DNA of 64,000 bases. Source: Epiperipatus broadwayi (lineage: Eukaryota; Animalia; Onychophora). Position numbers and translations under genes: made by a program. Under the pieces are notes generated by a model. It searched no databases and was not told the DNA's origin. It was given only the letters and a program-made list of their open reading frames with translations. How positions within the stretch are numbered: the stretch's first letter is position 1; each line of letters opens with the position of its first letter. Below are positions 12,961 to 26,849 of this stretch, piece by piece. The DNA lies in NCBI GenBank assembly GCA_028023455.1, contig JAQFVV010000006.1, positions 15,066,001 through 15,130,000 of the forward strand, written 5' to 3'.

Positions 12961-14799
12961 GTAAGAGAATAGTTTTATCTCATTTTTATAGTATAGTTTT
13001 ATGTTAAACATTTATTAACATATTTTTCTTTTTATATATAGTCAATTATTTAAAAAAAAAAAAAAAAATCAACTTGCATGTTAGGAAAACAATCAAAGAA
13101 TCTCTTCTCACAATAGGTGGCATAAAAGTAAAATAGCCCATTGCAGAATAGAGACCATTTCAACATCCCTTTATAAAAAACAATATCAGGCTAGTTATCT
13201 GTGGGATGGCGAGATTTTTATTATTGTTTTATATTCTACTTGAAAATAGCGAACTAAATACCCATTTATCAACCAATAAGTTGATTGGTAGCTATAGATC
13301 GGCTACCTGAAAACAAACCTTAACACTTGTTAGAAAATGTTAACTATTTTTTTAAAAGATTGGTAATGTTTTAAAATTCTATGTAGATTCGAACTCGTGT
13401 TTACAGCTACTACTACTAGGCCCTTCGAAAAATATAAATAGTTGATTTAAAAAAAAAAAAAAAAAAAGTTCATTTTAAGACATAAATTTAAAAAGTAAAA
13501 TTACGTGCATATGTATTAATCGATAATTATTAATACAGAATAATCTTGTAACTACGATTAAATAAAATCATATGTTCTTATTAACTCTTTTTGTAATAAA
13601 ATGGAGTAATTTTAAATACAGTAATTTCTAATCTTGAAACTATCTCATACTCCATATTTCTCTCGGGTGGTTGACATAAATACTACCGAATACGCAATAT
13701 AATATACGGAAGTTGTAAAACTTTGCACGTGTTAAAACGTTTGTAATAAAAACAAACAACTGACTACCTGTCAATCGTATATATAAATTGCACAATATAT
13801 TTTTGTGTGTGCGCGCGCATGAGTATTTATATATGCTTGAATTGAGTTGTGAATATAAGTAAAAATAGTACTTCATAATACTCAATTAATGGTTTAAAAA
13901 ATAAATTCGTTTTTCTTTTTAGAAATTGTTGGAATATAATTATTTGTCCGATGTCAATTGGTTAGAAAGTGGGAAAATACGTTTAGTCACAGAATTGCGC
14001 TTAATTGTCTCCCTAAATCAAGTTTGCCGATAAAGTAAATGCGGTAAGACTAAATTTATCCGCGTACCTCTTTCGAAACTGGTTTGTTAGAAAATCACAT
14101 TTAGTTTTATTCGTTTTGCGGTTTCTTCTTTAACTATAAATAAAATAATGTTTTCTTTATCTCTATTTCGGCCTCATCCATCTTAATTTTATGCTCGTGA
14201 ATTAATTTCTATAATAATAGTAAATAGCTTATTGTCGAACTTTGTAAGAAATTCGAGCATCGGATGTGATAAAGCTAAACCGCGGACCATGGCATCTAGC
14301 CATTACATCTATACCAAACTACGCGGAGCAATTAATATTAATAAAAATGATCTCACTTTAACATATTTAATTAATTAAGCTGAATTGTTATATAATGCGA
14401 ATTAGTTGTCAACGGAAAATTAACAAATGTCGTTTATTCTTTTTACCCAAAATGTACGCACAAATCTATAGGAAACTTTTGGTGCGATTAATCTCTCCGG
14501 GTCCTTTACAAGCAAAGATTGAAGAAAGAAATATATATATTAGGCTGTTAGATGTCTGATGGAGAGGGTTTATGTTTTGCTGTCTTCGTTTTACCCCATT
14601 GTTTAAAACAGATAGAATCTCGTTAACCATCGATTATTGAATAACTAATTGCCTATTGTGGTTGTTTAATCCGAAAGAAAAATTTAGGATTGTGCGAAAT
14701 CTGATTCCCATCTTGTTCGTGGTTGGCATGGGAAGCTTTCAAGAAAATAAATATTTTTCAATCAATTTATAAGAGACATGCAGATTGGAACTATATTAA

Positions 14800-15600
14800 T
14801 AATTTGTATTAGTTACTCATTAGACTAGAGATCTACTTTTACGATATTTTTATAGTGTCATTTTCACTGCACCACTCTCACTGCAAGGTAGAAAATAGTT
14901 TCTATCTACTTTCAACACCTTGTGGAAGGGTAAAACCATAATCATATGATCAAAGGCTTGTGAAAAAGATGTATCATCTGAAGATGCACATTTTAAGCTG
15001 GACTAGCACTCATCAGTTGACCATATCATAACCTCTTACACATATCTTTATCATTATTTAGTGTATATATATGAATAATCAATTTCTACAGATTAATTGA
15101 TAAGGGTCAACCTCATAATAATTTTTATTAGTCATTCATTAGACTAGAGATTATCCGTTTAATGAATAATATTTCTGTAGTTTAATTTTCACTATATCAG
15201 GCAAGGTAGAGACTAGTTTCTATCCATTTTTAACACCTTGTGGAGGGATGTAATTATAAACATATGACCAAAGACATGGGAAAAAGATGTATGATCCCCA
15301 AGATGCACATTTTGTGCTGAATTAGCATTCATCACTTGATCCAGATCCCAATATCTTGCACATATTTTTATCATTATTCCATATATATATATATATAAAC
15401 AATTACTAGAGTTTTAATTAATAAGTGTCAAACTTACTGTCCTCACAACTTTGACACAAACCACTTAATGGAAGTATATTAATGAACATATGTTTATGAT
15501 CACACCCTTCCACAAGGTATTAAAGTGGATAGAAACCAGTCCCTACATTGCGTGAGAGTGTAGTAAATATTACACTACAGAAATATTATGAAGATTGGGA
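14800..15600. mobile_element. Repeat family D: two tandem copies plus an inverted partial copy, with decayed hammerheads on the - strand
   Basis: 14805-15115 resembles 15130-15430; 15480-15600 is inverted. The two copies (14977-15022, 15295-15342) give consensus CTGATGA GTGCT-AGTTC-AGCAC (G)AAAT GTGC ATC TT. Confidence 0.7.
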
Positions 15601-15847
15601 GATCATAGTTTTGAACAATAACATAATGTTAAGCCATTCGCACATTCTTCCAACTAATCATCAGGTCCTCAAGAAATCATGTAATATTCAAACCCAAAAT
15701 GACAAGTAAAGTTTAGCCAATTAACAGTCAAAATTAACCCTGGAACTTTAACTCTCTTTTTAATTGTCTACTACTTTCTATATTGGTTATGATACATCAT
15801 AAACCCATTTAACACCATCTTTTATCCATATTGCTTTATTAATTTTC

Positions 15848-15884
15848 TCTAATGTTTCGACTATTTAAAAATCATCTTCAGGGC
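15848..15884 (-). ncRNA. Penelope-type hammerhead motif (singleton), core intact
   Basis: GCC CTGAAGA T GATT-TTTAAAT-AGTC GAAAC ATT AGAG; reads atgtttcg...tcatcttcaggg on the + strand. Stem I is weak. Confidence 0.55.
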
Positions 15885-16394
15885 TATAAATGATAATGCA
15901 TTAGTTTAATGTTTTAAAAAATATAATATGCATGGTTTTATTTATATGTTGACAATTAAAAAGCTAAAATTATATATTTAAATTTTTTTATTAAGAATAT
16001 ACAAACTCGTTAACTATAGAAAGCATCACATTTAATAATTGTGTGTGTTTACTCTTACACACTTTAAAATAAAGTAAGTAAAATTTGTTAATATAGATAA
16101 CATTCAAGTCTATTCTGATTTGTGAGAATATTACTATTTTGTATGATAAGATTTCTGATCAAAGGCAATAGAAACAACACCTGATCATTATCTGTGTATA
16201 TCTCTAATCTTAAGTAAGATTCATTCTGAAATGCATCACAATACAGTCAAAAGCTATACCATATCAGTCTATCCAATGGGTTTTACATTTTCATAAGTAT
16301 ATAATAGAAAATGTATTCATTATATATAACATATCTTAGTGAAATAATAAATTCTCTCATTTATAAAAATATTGTAAAGAATAGCTTTATACAG

Positions 16395-16940
16395 TAATGT
16401 GATGTGATGTGATGTACTGTGGCTTCTCCTTAAATGAAGTCAAGAATATCTGAGTAATTATGCCCAGATAAACCTGTTAGCCACTTAATTTTCCATTCCC
16501 CACTCTAAGTTTTCCCATATTCTGCTCCATCCCATTTCCACAACATAATCTTTGTCAACTCTATAGCCTTAATATCTCATTTCCCCTTATCTTTTCCCAA
16601 ACCCAGCATAAAAACCAATAATTCACTTTCTGTATAATTACTTTTTTCATATTTATTCTTCCATAACTTCATTATATGTATCCTTTCTGTTTTCAAACAT
16701 TTACATTCAATTAACAAATGCCTAATATTTTCTATTCCTTCCTTACATAATTTCCAAAATAAATCACCCATATTTTTCCATACATGTATATTCTCTTGTA
16801 GCTAAAGATCCTGTTTGAGCCTTAAATAATAAACTTCTTTCCTTACTATTATCATATATTAACTCACACCTAATATTCTGTTTATTTCTATATATATATA
16901 TATATTTAAACTCTTTTTACTCTCCATATTATTTCTCCAT
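16395..16940 (-). mobile_element. 3' fragment of the same LINE family as 44770-48750
   Basis: Encodes SSLLFKARTGS...CKLCKEGIENIRHLLIEC, shares the 3' UTR, and has a (CATCA)n tail at 16395-16415. Confidence 0.85.
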
Positions 16941-16944
16941 CTCT

Positions 16945-17515
16945 CTAACTCCATACAGTAGCGCCACCCAGTGCAAGCCTTAGTAATCAATGGATGCAAG
17001 AAGGTTTGTGCATAAAATCCCTATCTAGTGCCTACTCATCCAATATCCCCAGACCGGTTTCTAGCCTGTGACTTCATCAGTGAGGAACCTTGGATTTGAG
17101 AGCACTGAATCTAGATCTTAGGATCTAATGCAACCCCTCCAGTGCCCTGTTTACCTATTTAATTAATTATAAAGCTACGAATTTAATATGAAAACAATGT
17201 TTTCAATCCAAGCTCATTCTGTTGTATAATCATACAGGTCTGAAGCCAGTTCAATCTATATATTTTGATGCCTTTAGTTTTTAATAATCACAGTCTCAAT
17301 AATCCTATGAGAAGAATAATTTTATAGTTAGCTAAATAGGTAAAAGGTGACTGCTGTAAGGTTGTATCAGATCCTAAGATCGAATTGCAGTGCTCTCAGA
17401 TCCTGATAAAAGCCAAATGATAGAAACTGGTCTTGGGGATATTAGATAAGTAGGTACTAGATAGGAATGTTGGTCATAAATCTTATAGCATTCATTGATT
17501 ACTGAACTTTATAAG
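16945..17515. mobile_element. Family A, diverged inverted pair
   Basis: - strand motif 17046-17086 has GAAAC-CG-GTC (ACCGGT palindrome); + strand decayed motif near 17403-17438 has GAAAC-TG-GTC. Confidence 0.8.
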
Positions 17516-18164
17516 CATAGGAAATGGTAATCATGTGATAATTTAAAGGTATAGCTTTATAATATATTAATGATATAATTTGATTGTTATATTAAAGAAT
17601 ATAAAAAAGGAAATGGAATTAATTTTTTTTCCCGATTAGAATATATTTGTGAATATGCTTTCTAGTTGTTAAAAGACAGCATATTAATGACTTAATTTCA
17701 TAAAATAAAGTAACTTCTTTAAGCAACAGTATACTTTGACAATCAATAAACAAAGAAAAATGCATCCATATAGGGTTCATGATGTAAATGGATCCTATGT
17801 TAGGTGTTGCCAAGTTTTTTGGAAAGATGAAAGAGGTCAGTTGAGGTTTATTATAGCTATCACTCTGAAATTTTGGCTACTGAATAAACATTCATATTAC
17901 AATGCATAAATATTTTATTACTCTAAACCTAACTTTTGGTGTTCCCGTATTCTTTTTTTATCAATTGCTTTGAATTACTTGCATCTTCTGTGATTACTGA
18001 CCATTACAAACATATTTTCATTTCCAGACCAAATCATAATTAATATGAGCTCTTATTGTATTGGGAGATTTTTCTCTTATAAGGTGGATAATTGAATGAC
18101 CAAATAGGAAATAATCTTGATATGCTTTGTATTAATGTATTTTATGTCAGTTATATACTATCCA

Positions 18165-18730
18165 ATACATAAATATCTAAACCATTACATACAATTATGA
18201 ATATCCAATAACGCCCTCTGTTTAAAGCCTCCCAAACTATAAATGAAAATAAAGTTACTGTTAACACTAACTGAGATAATAATACAAATATCTAAACCAT
18301 TGCATACAATTACGAATATCCAGTAACACCCTCTGTTTAAAGCTTATACTTCAGTAATAGTGAGCTCCAAAATGGTACCAATTTGAAGTTGTGTACTAAA
18401 CGATCTTAAATACTGAAATACAAACTAACTCAAATAAAAAGCATGAATTTTAAATATGCAAATGATCTTAACTTTTGCTAATAAACTAACATGTTTACAA
18501 CTTATTAAAGACAAACTAAACATTAATATTTTAATCTTTCAATAACGCTCCCAAACTATAAATGAAAATAAAGTTAACATTAACTGAGATACAATTTCAA
18601 ATTGGTATCATTTTGGAGTTCGCTATTATTGAAGTATAGACTTTAAACAGAGGCATTACTGGATATTCATAATTGTATGTAATAGTTTGGATATTTGTAT
18701 TATTATCTCACCTTACTGTTAATGGTAACT
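18165..18730. repeat. Repeat G: internal tandem duplication plus inverted copy (fold-back)
   Basis: 18165-18280 resembles 18280-18400; 18590-18730 is the reverse complement of about 18250-18400. Confidence 0.7.
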
Positions 18731-18944
18731 TTATCCAATATATATATAAACAAAAAAAAAAAACTCTTAAAATTTTGTAAAATAAAAAAAAATTATAACC
18801 TAGTAGCAGCCATCTTTCCATCTCAGTTTTTTGTTCATGATCATGTTTAATCAACATCCATTAAAACATAAATTTAATCAATTTTACAATACAGCAGTAG
18901 GCCTTATTTTTGTCAGAACGCCATACATTATAACAGTTATTAAT

Positions 18945-19535
18945 GATTGTTAAAAACAGGCAAAACCCTATATATATTGCCACACACAGCAAGCTAGAGT
19001 AATCAATGGATGCCAGAAGGCTTATGTATAAAATCCCCATCTAGTGTGGCAATAGATATAGTAAGTTTTTCCTGTTTTAACAACAGTTATATACAAGTAT
19101 AAGAGGTGATGGTCATGAGATGTTTATTTATTAATGGTATTTCATGTTGAATTAAAATGGCATGTATTTTACTCTTTGTTTTGATTTAGTATAGTATTTT
19201 ACATAATAAATGTTTTAAACTACTAAACATCACATGATCACCATTTACTATGCTTATACAAACTGTTAAAACTGTGATAAACTGCCCATACAGTAGTGCC
19301 ACCCAGAGCAAGCTATAGTAATCAATGGATGCAAGAAAGTTTGTGCATAAAATTACTCTCTAATGTTTAATGCTCTCAGATCCAAGGCTTTTCACTAATG
19401 AAAGACAAGCTAGAAACTAGTCTGGAGGTATTGGATAAATAGGCACTAGTAAGGGATTTTTATGCATAAACCTTCTAGCATCCATTGATTATTATGGCTT
19501 GCACTGGGTGATATTACTGTATGGAGAGTTTACCA
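18945..19535. mobile_element. Family A, two short fold-back derivatives
   Basis: 18945-19120 is a palindromic 3'-end piece; 19215-19535 is an inverted pair with a decayed + strand hammerhead (CTAATGA, 19389-19428). Confidence 0.8.
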
Positions 19536-20239
19536 TTGTAATAAAGTGTTTTAAGAATGAAGTTTATCATTTTTTTAAATGAAATTTAAGAAAATTCGTA
19601 AAGTGTCTTTCTTAAGTGATAAAATGAAAGTTATCAATTTAGTACTGCCAGAAAAAAAAACTATAAAATATTCATAGCTTGCATCAGAATTTTTAAAGTC
19701 TAAAGAGTTTAAGCAAGAATCTGAAGTTGATAATGGTAAGTAAGGATAATTACATAGTCTAAGTTGATATGGATTTAAAAACATCAAAATAATTAGAATG
19801 ACCCACAGTCTATTGATAATGTTTGCTATTTTATTTCCATAAGAAAAAAAATTATTGAAGAAATATAATATCATCCCAAAATTGTTTTATTGTGATGGAA
19901 GTCTAACATTTCACTATACATTTTACTTACAAAAAGGGAAAGATATAGTATAATAAATTTTTTATTATTTTTACTTTTTTGTGTGAACATGAATGAGTGA
20001 AAAATGCAGAGAAAATATATTTGTAAATGTACTCTCTTGATTTATTTTTATTAATTATATTATTTTTTTAAAATTTTGTTTATATTATAACCTTAATTTA
20101 CTTATACATATTATACATATAAAAAGTATTTGGGTTATATATATGTGAATGTTGAAAAGTTTTGTGCAGTTGAAGTTCAATAAACAATACATATTCTATG
20201 ATAAGGATTGGCAAACTGCGGCTCACAAGTCAAATGTGT

Positions 20240-20410
20240 TTTTTTTATCCCAATCTCTTAGCTCTTTCTATCATGATAAACATAAACACATTTTTTTTTT
20301 TGTAATTTGTAAATAAATATTTGTGGTTTTTTTTATCCCAATCTCTTAGCTCTTTTTATCATGATAAACATAAACACATTTTTTTTTGTAATTTGTAAAT
20401 AAATATTTGA
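20240..20410. repeat. 88-bp tandem duplication
   Basis: tatcccaatctcttagctc starts at 20246 and again at 20334. Confidence 0.9.
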
Positions 20411-20577
20411 TGACTCTAAGAAAGGTAAAATGCACATTAATGTTGTTTCTTGAATTCAATCTTATTATAGAATAATAATTGTTATATATGATGAATATTT
20501 AAATATTAAAAATTTGTATAATTTTTTGTTTTTATTTATTTTTAAGAGAATTTTCATTAGGTTATATATAAGTTCTA

Positions 20578-20960
20578 TTCATCATCATCATCAACTATTA
20601 TCAATCTACTGCAGGATGAAGGTCTCTCCAAGTTCAATCCATTTTCTCTAATCTTTAGTTTCTTTTCTCCACATCACCCTGCACACTTTCTTATTTCATC
20701 TATCCATCTCACATGTGGTCTCTTTCTGGGTCTTTTACAATCTCTTGGAATCCAGTTGAAGATTTTAATTGTCCATCTATTATAATTTCTTCCAGCAATA
20801 TGTCCAGCCCAACTCCAATTCAGTCTTTTAATTTTTTTCAATGAGGTCAATAACACTTGTTTGTTCTCTTATGCATATATTGTGTTTTCGATCTCTTCTA
20901 GTTACTCCTAACATACAGCTCTCCATACTTCTTTGAGTGATCTGAAGTCTCTTTTGTTCT
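20578..20960 (-). mobile_element. RTE-type LINE 3' fragment
   Basis: WSWAGHIAGR...RPRKRPHVRWIDEI; (GAT)n tail at 20578-20592. Confidence 0.85.
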
Positions 20961-23339
20961 CCTAAAATGTGTTCAGATAAATCCATAACCATTCAGAAAT
21001 TCACATTTTTCATGAACATATTTTTTATCCGTTTTCTTATGGCTCTTTAATGGTGGTGGTGATAGGAGGGAGTGAATTTGAACAAAATGGCTCTTTGAGT
21101 TAAAATATTTGCGAATTCCTGTTCTATTGTAATCAATAAAATATGAATTATATATGATGTATGTAAGAATGGTGTGAAATAAAATATAGCAGATATTGGA
21201 GTTTCATGTAACCCCAAAATAAGAATAAGTTTATTATTGCAATTACTATAATAAATTATTAAATATTTTTTTCTTCATACCCCTGTTCCAACTACATACA
21301 GTTTAGTAACCAATAGATGTGAAGTAAAATATATACTGCTGAAATAGCAATGTGTAACTTGAAGTTGTGATGGTTACGTGATATTAATTACTAAATAACT
21401 GGAAGAAAATTAATATTTACGAAAAAAAAATCTTAAACATTACAAAAGTGATGTAATTTATATTTTTTAACCCACAATAAATATTAATATCTATTTTTTA
21501 ATTTATGATCTATAGAATAAATTATATATACATGAGTTTGTATATAGTTTTATGAAATATGAGTTTCATTTATTACTATTATGGTATGGATTAATTAATA
21601 TTGTGGTATGCATTAACTAAATGATGTTATCAAATCCTAAAATTATATTATCAATCTCTGTTTACTTAAAATCTGAGTATTTCTTTCACAAGGTTTTAAT
21701 TTCAATAGTTGATACAACCATTTGTAATGTGAATATAGATTACACAAATGATGTGTGGAGAAAGACATTTAACATGTATATATTGAACAAATTAAAAATA
21801 ATCAATTTAAAACAGAATTGAAATAGACAACTCACCATAAATAAAAAAAATTATTTAATACATCAATCCAGCTTTCATTCTTTAAATGAACCTTTTCAAG
21901 ATGTTTCATTTTACACAATCACATGACCAAGTATGCTACAGCAACTCCCCCAATGGACATTATTTACATTACATTACAATAAATATACTTATTAAAATAC
22001 ATACATTAAATATAATTAATAAAATACATATAATAGGTCATGTGATTGTGTAAAATAAAACATTTTGAAAAGGTTCCATTAAGGAATGAAAGCTGGATTG
22101 ACGTATTAAATAATTTTTATTTATTTCTAGTGATTTGTCTATTTCAATTTTGTTTTAAATTGATTATTTTTAATTTTATATACATAAGGCAACATTCTGG
22201 ACACATTTTAACATTTAAACTTGATCATTTAAAATGTGTTGAACAAAAGATGTCCTTTATTCAACATGAATATCTATTTAACTATTTAAGATAGTATTCA
22301 AAGGATTTGGATAGTAACAAAATACATACCCAAAATTATAAATCATAGGTTGTTACAATATCTACTACATTAATGAACTTAACACTGAAAATCATGTTCT
22401 CACCATTTCTTATGCTTGCTCATAACTGTTATTAAACAGGTAAAACCACTGTATGGAGAGTTTTGCCTGTTTAATTAATGAACTTTACAAGAAGAATTTT
22501 TATTCCTTACTAAGATTAATAGTAATAATAACAAGTCAGATGTCACATGACTTATATATAGCTTGCTTTACCATTCATGAATATGATTTTATCATTGAAT
22601 TTGATATTGTATGAATATTATTTTATCAGGATTTCTATTATTTAAGTCTTGGCATTCTAACTTGAGAAATACAGAATACTCTATTATTTAACAATAACTC
22701 ATGCACAAAGCTTTGCTATGCATGGCTTTATAAAACTTCATAATTCTTTAACTGGACTTATGTGCTGGCTTTTATCATTTCTATCTACAGCTTTATAATG
22801 CTTCTTTGTATTCCTGATAACTGAGTTCATGTATAAGGCTATGTTAATTGTATATTCAGTTTTATAATGGTTCTAGGAAATTTTGATGAAAAATAATAAA
22901 TTTTTATATTTAGCAATCACAGTATTAATTGTTCTAATGCTTATTATTATCCCACCATTAAATATCCTAAACAACAGGTTAATGATAACCTCTCACATAC
23001 ATCTACATTCTAAATACATAAGCAAAACAATTGTAAATCTATCATAACAATTCAGTCATTATCAGAGAACTTTATCACTATTTATAAATCTAAATGGTTG
23101 TTTGTTCAAACCTAGAGAAATTTCTTATATGAGTTCATTATATGCATGTGTGACTTATTTTAAATTATCAATAAAAACTTCAGCATTTCATATCAACTGG
23201 ATTCATATTCTTTGATGTCTTTTCAATCTATAAAATATATTTAAAATTAACTTTTACCTATTTGAACTCAGGAATGAAAACTCCCGCACAAGTACTTTTA
23301 ATCTACTATGTGCACACAGACATTTACGCATTATTTGTA

Positions 23340-23720
23340 TTTATATGTTGGATTATAACCTTTATTTAAATATTCCAATTACATTCAACTGTTAATAATA
23401 GCACACAGGTTAGTTTACACACCATATTTTGAGGGTATTATTCTCTCTTCTTCAGGCATTGCTGGCTCATCTAGTAACAGTATAATAAAACCTGGACCTT
23501 TAGATTCTTGAATATTGAATTTTAACTTTATTTAAATATTCCAGCTGTTGCACCATGTTTTGAGGGCATTATTTTCTCTTCTTTGGGTATTGTTGTCCTA
23601 ATCAATAATAATACTAGTATAGGAATTGAACCTGGGCCTTCAGATTCTTGAATATTGAATTTTAAGGTAATGCTGTAACCGAGTTATTCTGCCATGTTTA
23701 TTTATTTAGTCTAACCTCAA
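23340..23720 (-). mobile_element. Family B, two partial tandem copies
   Basis: CTGAAGA-A-GAGAG-AATAATA-CCCTC-aAAAT at about 23420-23455; tRNA-like head at about 23610-23715. Confidence 0.7.
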
Positions 23721-24029
23721 TCTTACAGAATTTTGTAAAGATTCTAACCAGGAGATAGATTCTCAACTGGCTTTATTAAACTCTTCATTTCTGCCACTGA
23801 GTCCATACACTTGAAATCATTAACTAAATTTACTGACTGTTAATTTCTATTTAGAAGAAAATGAATGCAATGACTATGGATTGTCCTGAATTTGTTGATG
23901 AGACCTCCAATAACATCTATTAATATCAAATCACAGCTGGCTTTAAGGTTCAAATTGGAAACAAATACTGGAATCTCATATATCTTTAATTATTTGAAAA
24001 CAGAAGAAGAAATCTTTATTTGACATTAG

Positions 24030-24080
24030 TTTTGAGTGATGAAACAAAAGTTTGACTTATTGGCAAATCTTATTTACTAA
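24030..24080 (+). pseudogene. Possible Tc1-like transposase relic
   Basis: LVLSDETKV*LIG resembles the Tc1 first-aspartate motif VLWSDETKIELFG; short and degenerate. Confidence 0.3.
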
Positions 24081-24269
24081 ACAGCTTTTCTATGAGGCAA
24101 TTTCTTTTCTGATATCTGGTGAAAAAATGTGTGAAAGGACAGGAAGCCACTGCAAAAAATTAGACATTAATGTACCAGTAATATTTCTCATAGTAATATT
24201 TAATTATGTATCTAGAAGTTTAATGCAGTCACTTTTTCTCCAAATACAGTGCTATATTTATTAGTAGAA

Positions 24270-24620
24270 GTATGGACAGATGTATGTTAGGAATAACAAA
24301 AAATCAAAAATGAAATACATGAGTGAGAAAACAAACAGGTTTACTGACACCATTGAAAGAGTTAAAAGACTGAAGTTTGGTTGGACATATTGCTAAAAGA
24401 GATGATAATAAATTGGCTGTTGAAATCTTAAACTGGACTCCAAGAGATTGTAAAAGACCTAGAAAAAGACCGCATGTGAGATGGATGGATGAAATAATGG
24501 ATGAAATAAGAAAGTATGCTGAGATGATGTGGAGAATAGAGGCTAGAGATCTGAGATGGATTAGATCTTCATCCCACAGTGGATTGATAATGATTGAAAA
24601 TGATAATAATGATGATTTAC
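24270..24620 (+). mobile_element. RTE-type LINE 3' fragment
   Basis: GHIAKRDDNK...NWTPRDCKRPRKRPHVRWMDEI; gat-rich tail. Confidence 0.8.
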
Positions 24621-25209
24621 TAACAGATTATGATAGTGCTAAGGAAGCCATTTGGAAAGTAGTTGCAGTACAACCACAAATACTACCAACCAGCTTTCTT
24701 AGAAGATTATTCCTAGAAATATGACCTAACCTTAAACAGCTGAAGAAAAGAAGTTAGGCTATGGGTTTAAGATTATCTCCTAAGTATTGTAGGATGGAAT
24801 TGTGTTCCAATCAATTATTGCAAAAGATTATATTCAGATTGTTATACAATTCCCTGTTATTCAAATGAAAACTTGAGTTCTAAGCTTTTCATATTCTTAT
24901 TAAGAAATTGTTCTTCTTTTCAGAAGGATGGCTTTCATAAAGTCAAATCAATGTCACCTGCCTGAATGAATTCAAAACAGTAGCAAATGTTAGTGCCACC
25001 TAGTGCAAGCTCTAATAACTAATAGATATTAGAAAGTTGGCCATTATAATCTCTATCCAGTGCCAGAGATTATAATGCATAATCTTTTAACATGCATTGA
25101 TTACTAGAGATTGCACTATGTGGCACTATTGTGTGGAAAAATTTGCTATCGTTTTTACAGCTTGTGTAAGTATAAAAGAAGATCATGTGATGTTTTAGTA
25201 ATTTCATAA

Positions 25210-25300
25210 ATGAATTTCTTGTATTATGCATCTGGTAATCATTGATGAATATATTAAATAAAGTAGGTGAGAGAACTTTATGGAAAATCTTTGGGCAAAA
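25210..25300 (-). pseudogene. Old LINE reverse-transcriptase fragment
   Basis: VLSPTLFNIFIND (RT motif following PQG) inside ORF 25070-25324; flanked by an old family A-like copy (24980-25190). Confidence 0.5.
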
Positions 25301-26263
25301 TCTTGCACCTACTATGACTACCATTTAGTGATGAATTCAGATTCATTTTAATCATATGTGATACACTTAATAAACAATATAGAAACTGGTCATTTTAATA
25401 CTTGAATCCATTTCATTTTATGTAATAAATTATAATTGATCATAAAATTATATGTAAATTGGAGTAATGTTTTGTGTTAACATTCAACAAATGTAAACTC
25501 CATGATAATTGTTCAAACTTATCAACATCAGGAATCTTCTAACTGTTGTCAAGGCAGCCTCTATGAATAAGAAGTGGATTCCATTTTTCACTCTGATCTA
25601 CAACATTAACATATACAGGTGAGAATCTCTTGATTATATTACTATCTTAAACCAAATCAAAAGATGGAATTCATAAACATTGTCTTGACACAAATTGAAG
25701 ATTTTTGGTTTTGATAAGCTCATACTATTATCATGGGATTTATATTATTTTAAGAGGCTGCTTAATTCATTTTTGTAAACCTTCGTAACTATTACTTTAT
25801 AATTAAATATGTAATGAAATCATAAGATATCATTAAGGTAAGCCTTAATTAAAAAAAAAAATGCAATTATTTAAGAGTGAATCAGATTTCTTTCGTAAAT
25901 AAAGTTAAATGTTGATTGCTTTATAATATTGTTTACCTTTGTGTGATTAATGGTTTCAAATGTTTAAGCTTAATAGATTTTTGATATTGGAATCATAATT
26001 TGGCTCTTTTGAATTTTTTGATTTTTCTAATGATTCGCAAAGAGCATTTTTTTCTTTTTCAGTAGATCTATTTACAATAGTTTTCTACCATATTTATTTG
26101 AGTTCTAGGTGGTTACATTTAACATTTCTAAGATTTGGTCTTATATTCATTAATCTTAGGCTTTGGGATTGGCAATTTTTCTTCTGTGTTTTTCAATGAG
26201 ATTTTAAAAACTGGAAATATGGTTTGATTATTAGCTGGGACTTCAGTAGTAGACTTACATATC

Positions 26264-26378
26264 TTTTTTTTTTCATATGTCATATCATAGGCCGGGAGGC
26301 GAACCCGCAACAACCGTCTGCAACCAACTGTTTGCTTGTAAGGCGGCTGCGCTGACCTCTCGGCTAACAACGCTTGAC
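26264..26378 (-). mobile_element. tRNA-Gly-derived SINE with target-site duplication
   Basis: A/B boxes, poly-A tail, tacatatc repeated at both ends. Confidence 0.85.
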
Positions 26379-26849
26379 TACATATCATATTTGCCGTTTA
26401 TGAATTGACAAATTTCCAAGTTTACTTTTCTAATAGATGTCCTGAAAACGTGGAACAGTAGTTGATATGTGTTGAAGGCAATAAAAAAACTATGCATTTT
26501 AATTACATTTTAGAGTATCATTTTAATTCAAGAAAGACTTCCGTCTTGTGACTTTTAAAAAATTAACATTCTTGCAACCTGTTAATAGACTCTTCAAAAA
26601 ATAAAATTTGCATCTTTTTAATTACCCCATCTATCAAGTAATTACCAAAAACATGTTACAGTTGGATTTTTTTTTTTTAAGAAGATTTAGGTTATAGAAT
26701 AGCATCTTAAATTCTATCACTTAAAAAATTAGGAAGCTTTTACTAAAATATATCAGTAAAACTGATTACAACTGACATTTTTTAATGGTTAAAAGTATGT
26801 TTTGAATGCGAGGGTGACATAAATCATGACAAGCAGATACATACACATA

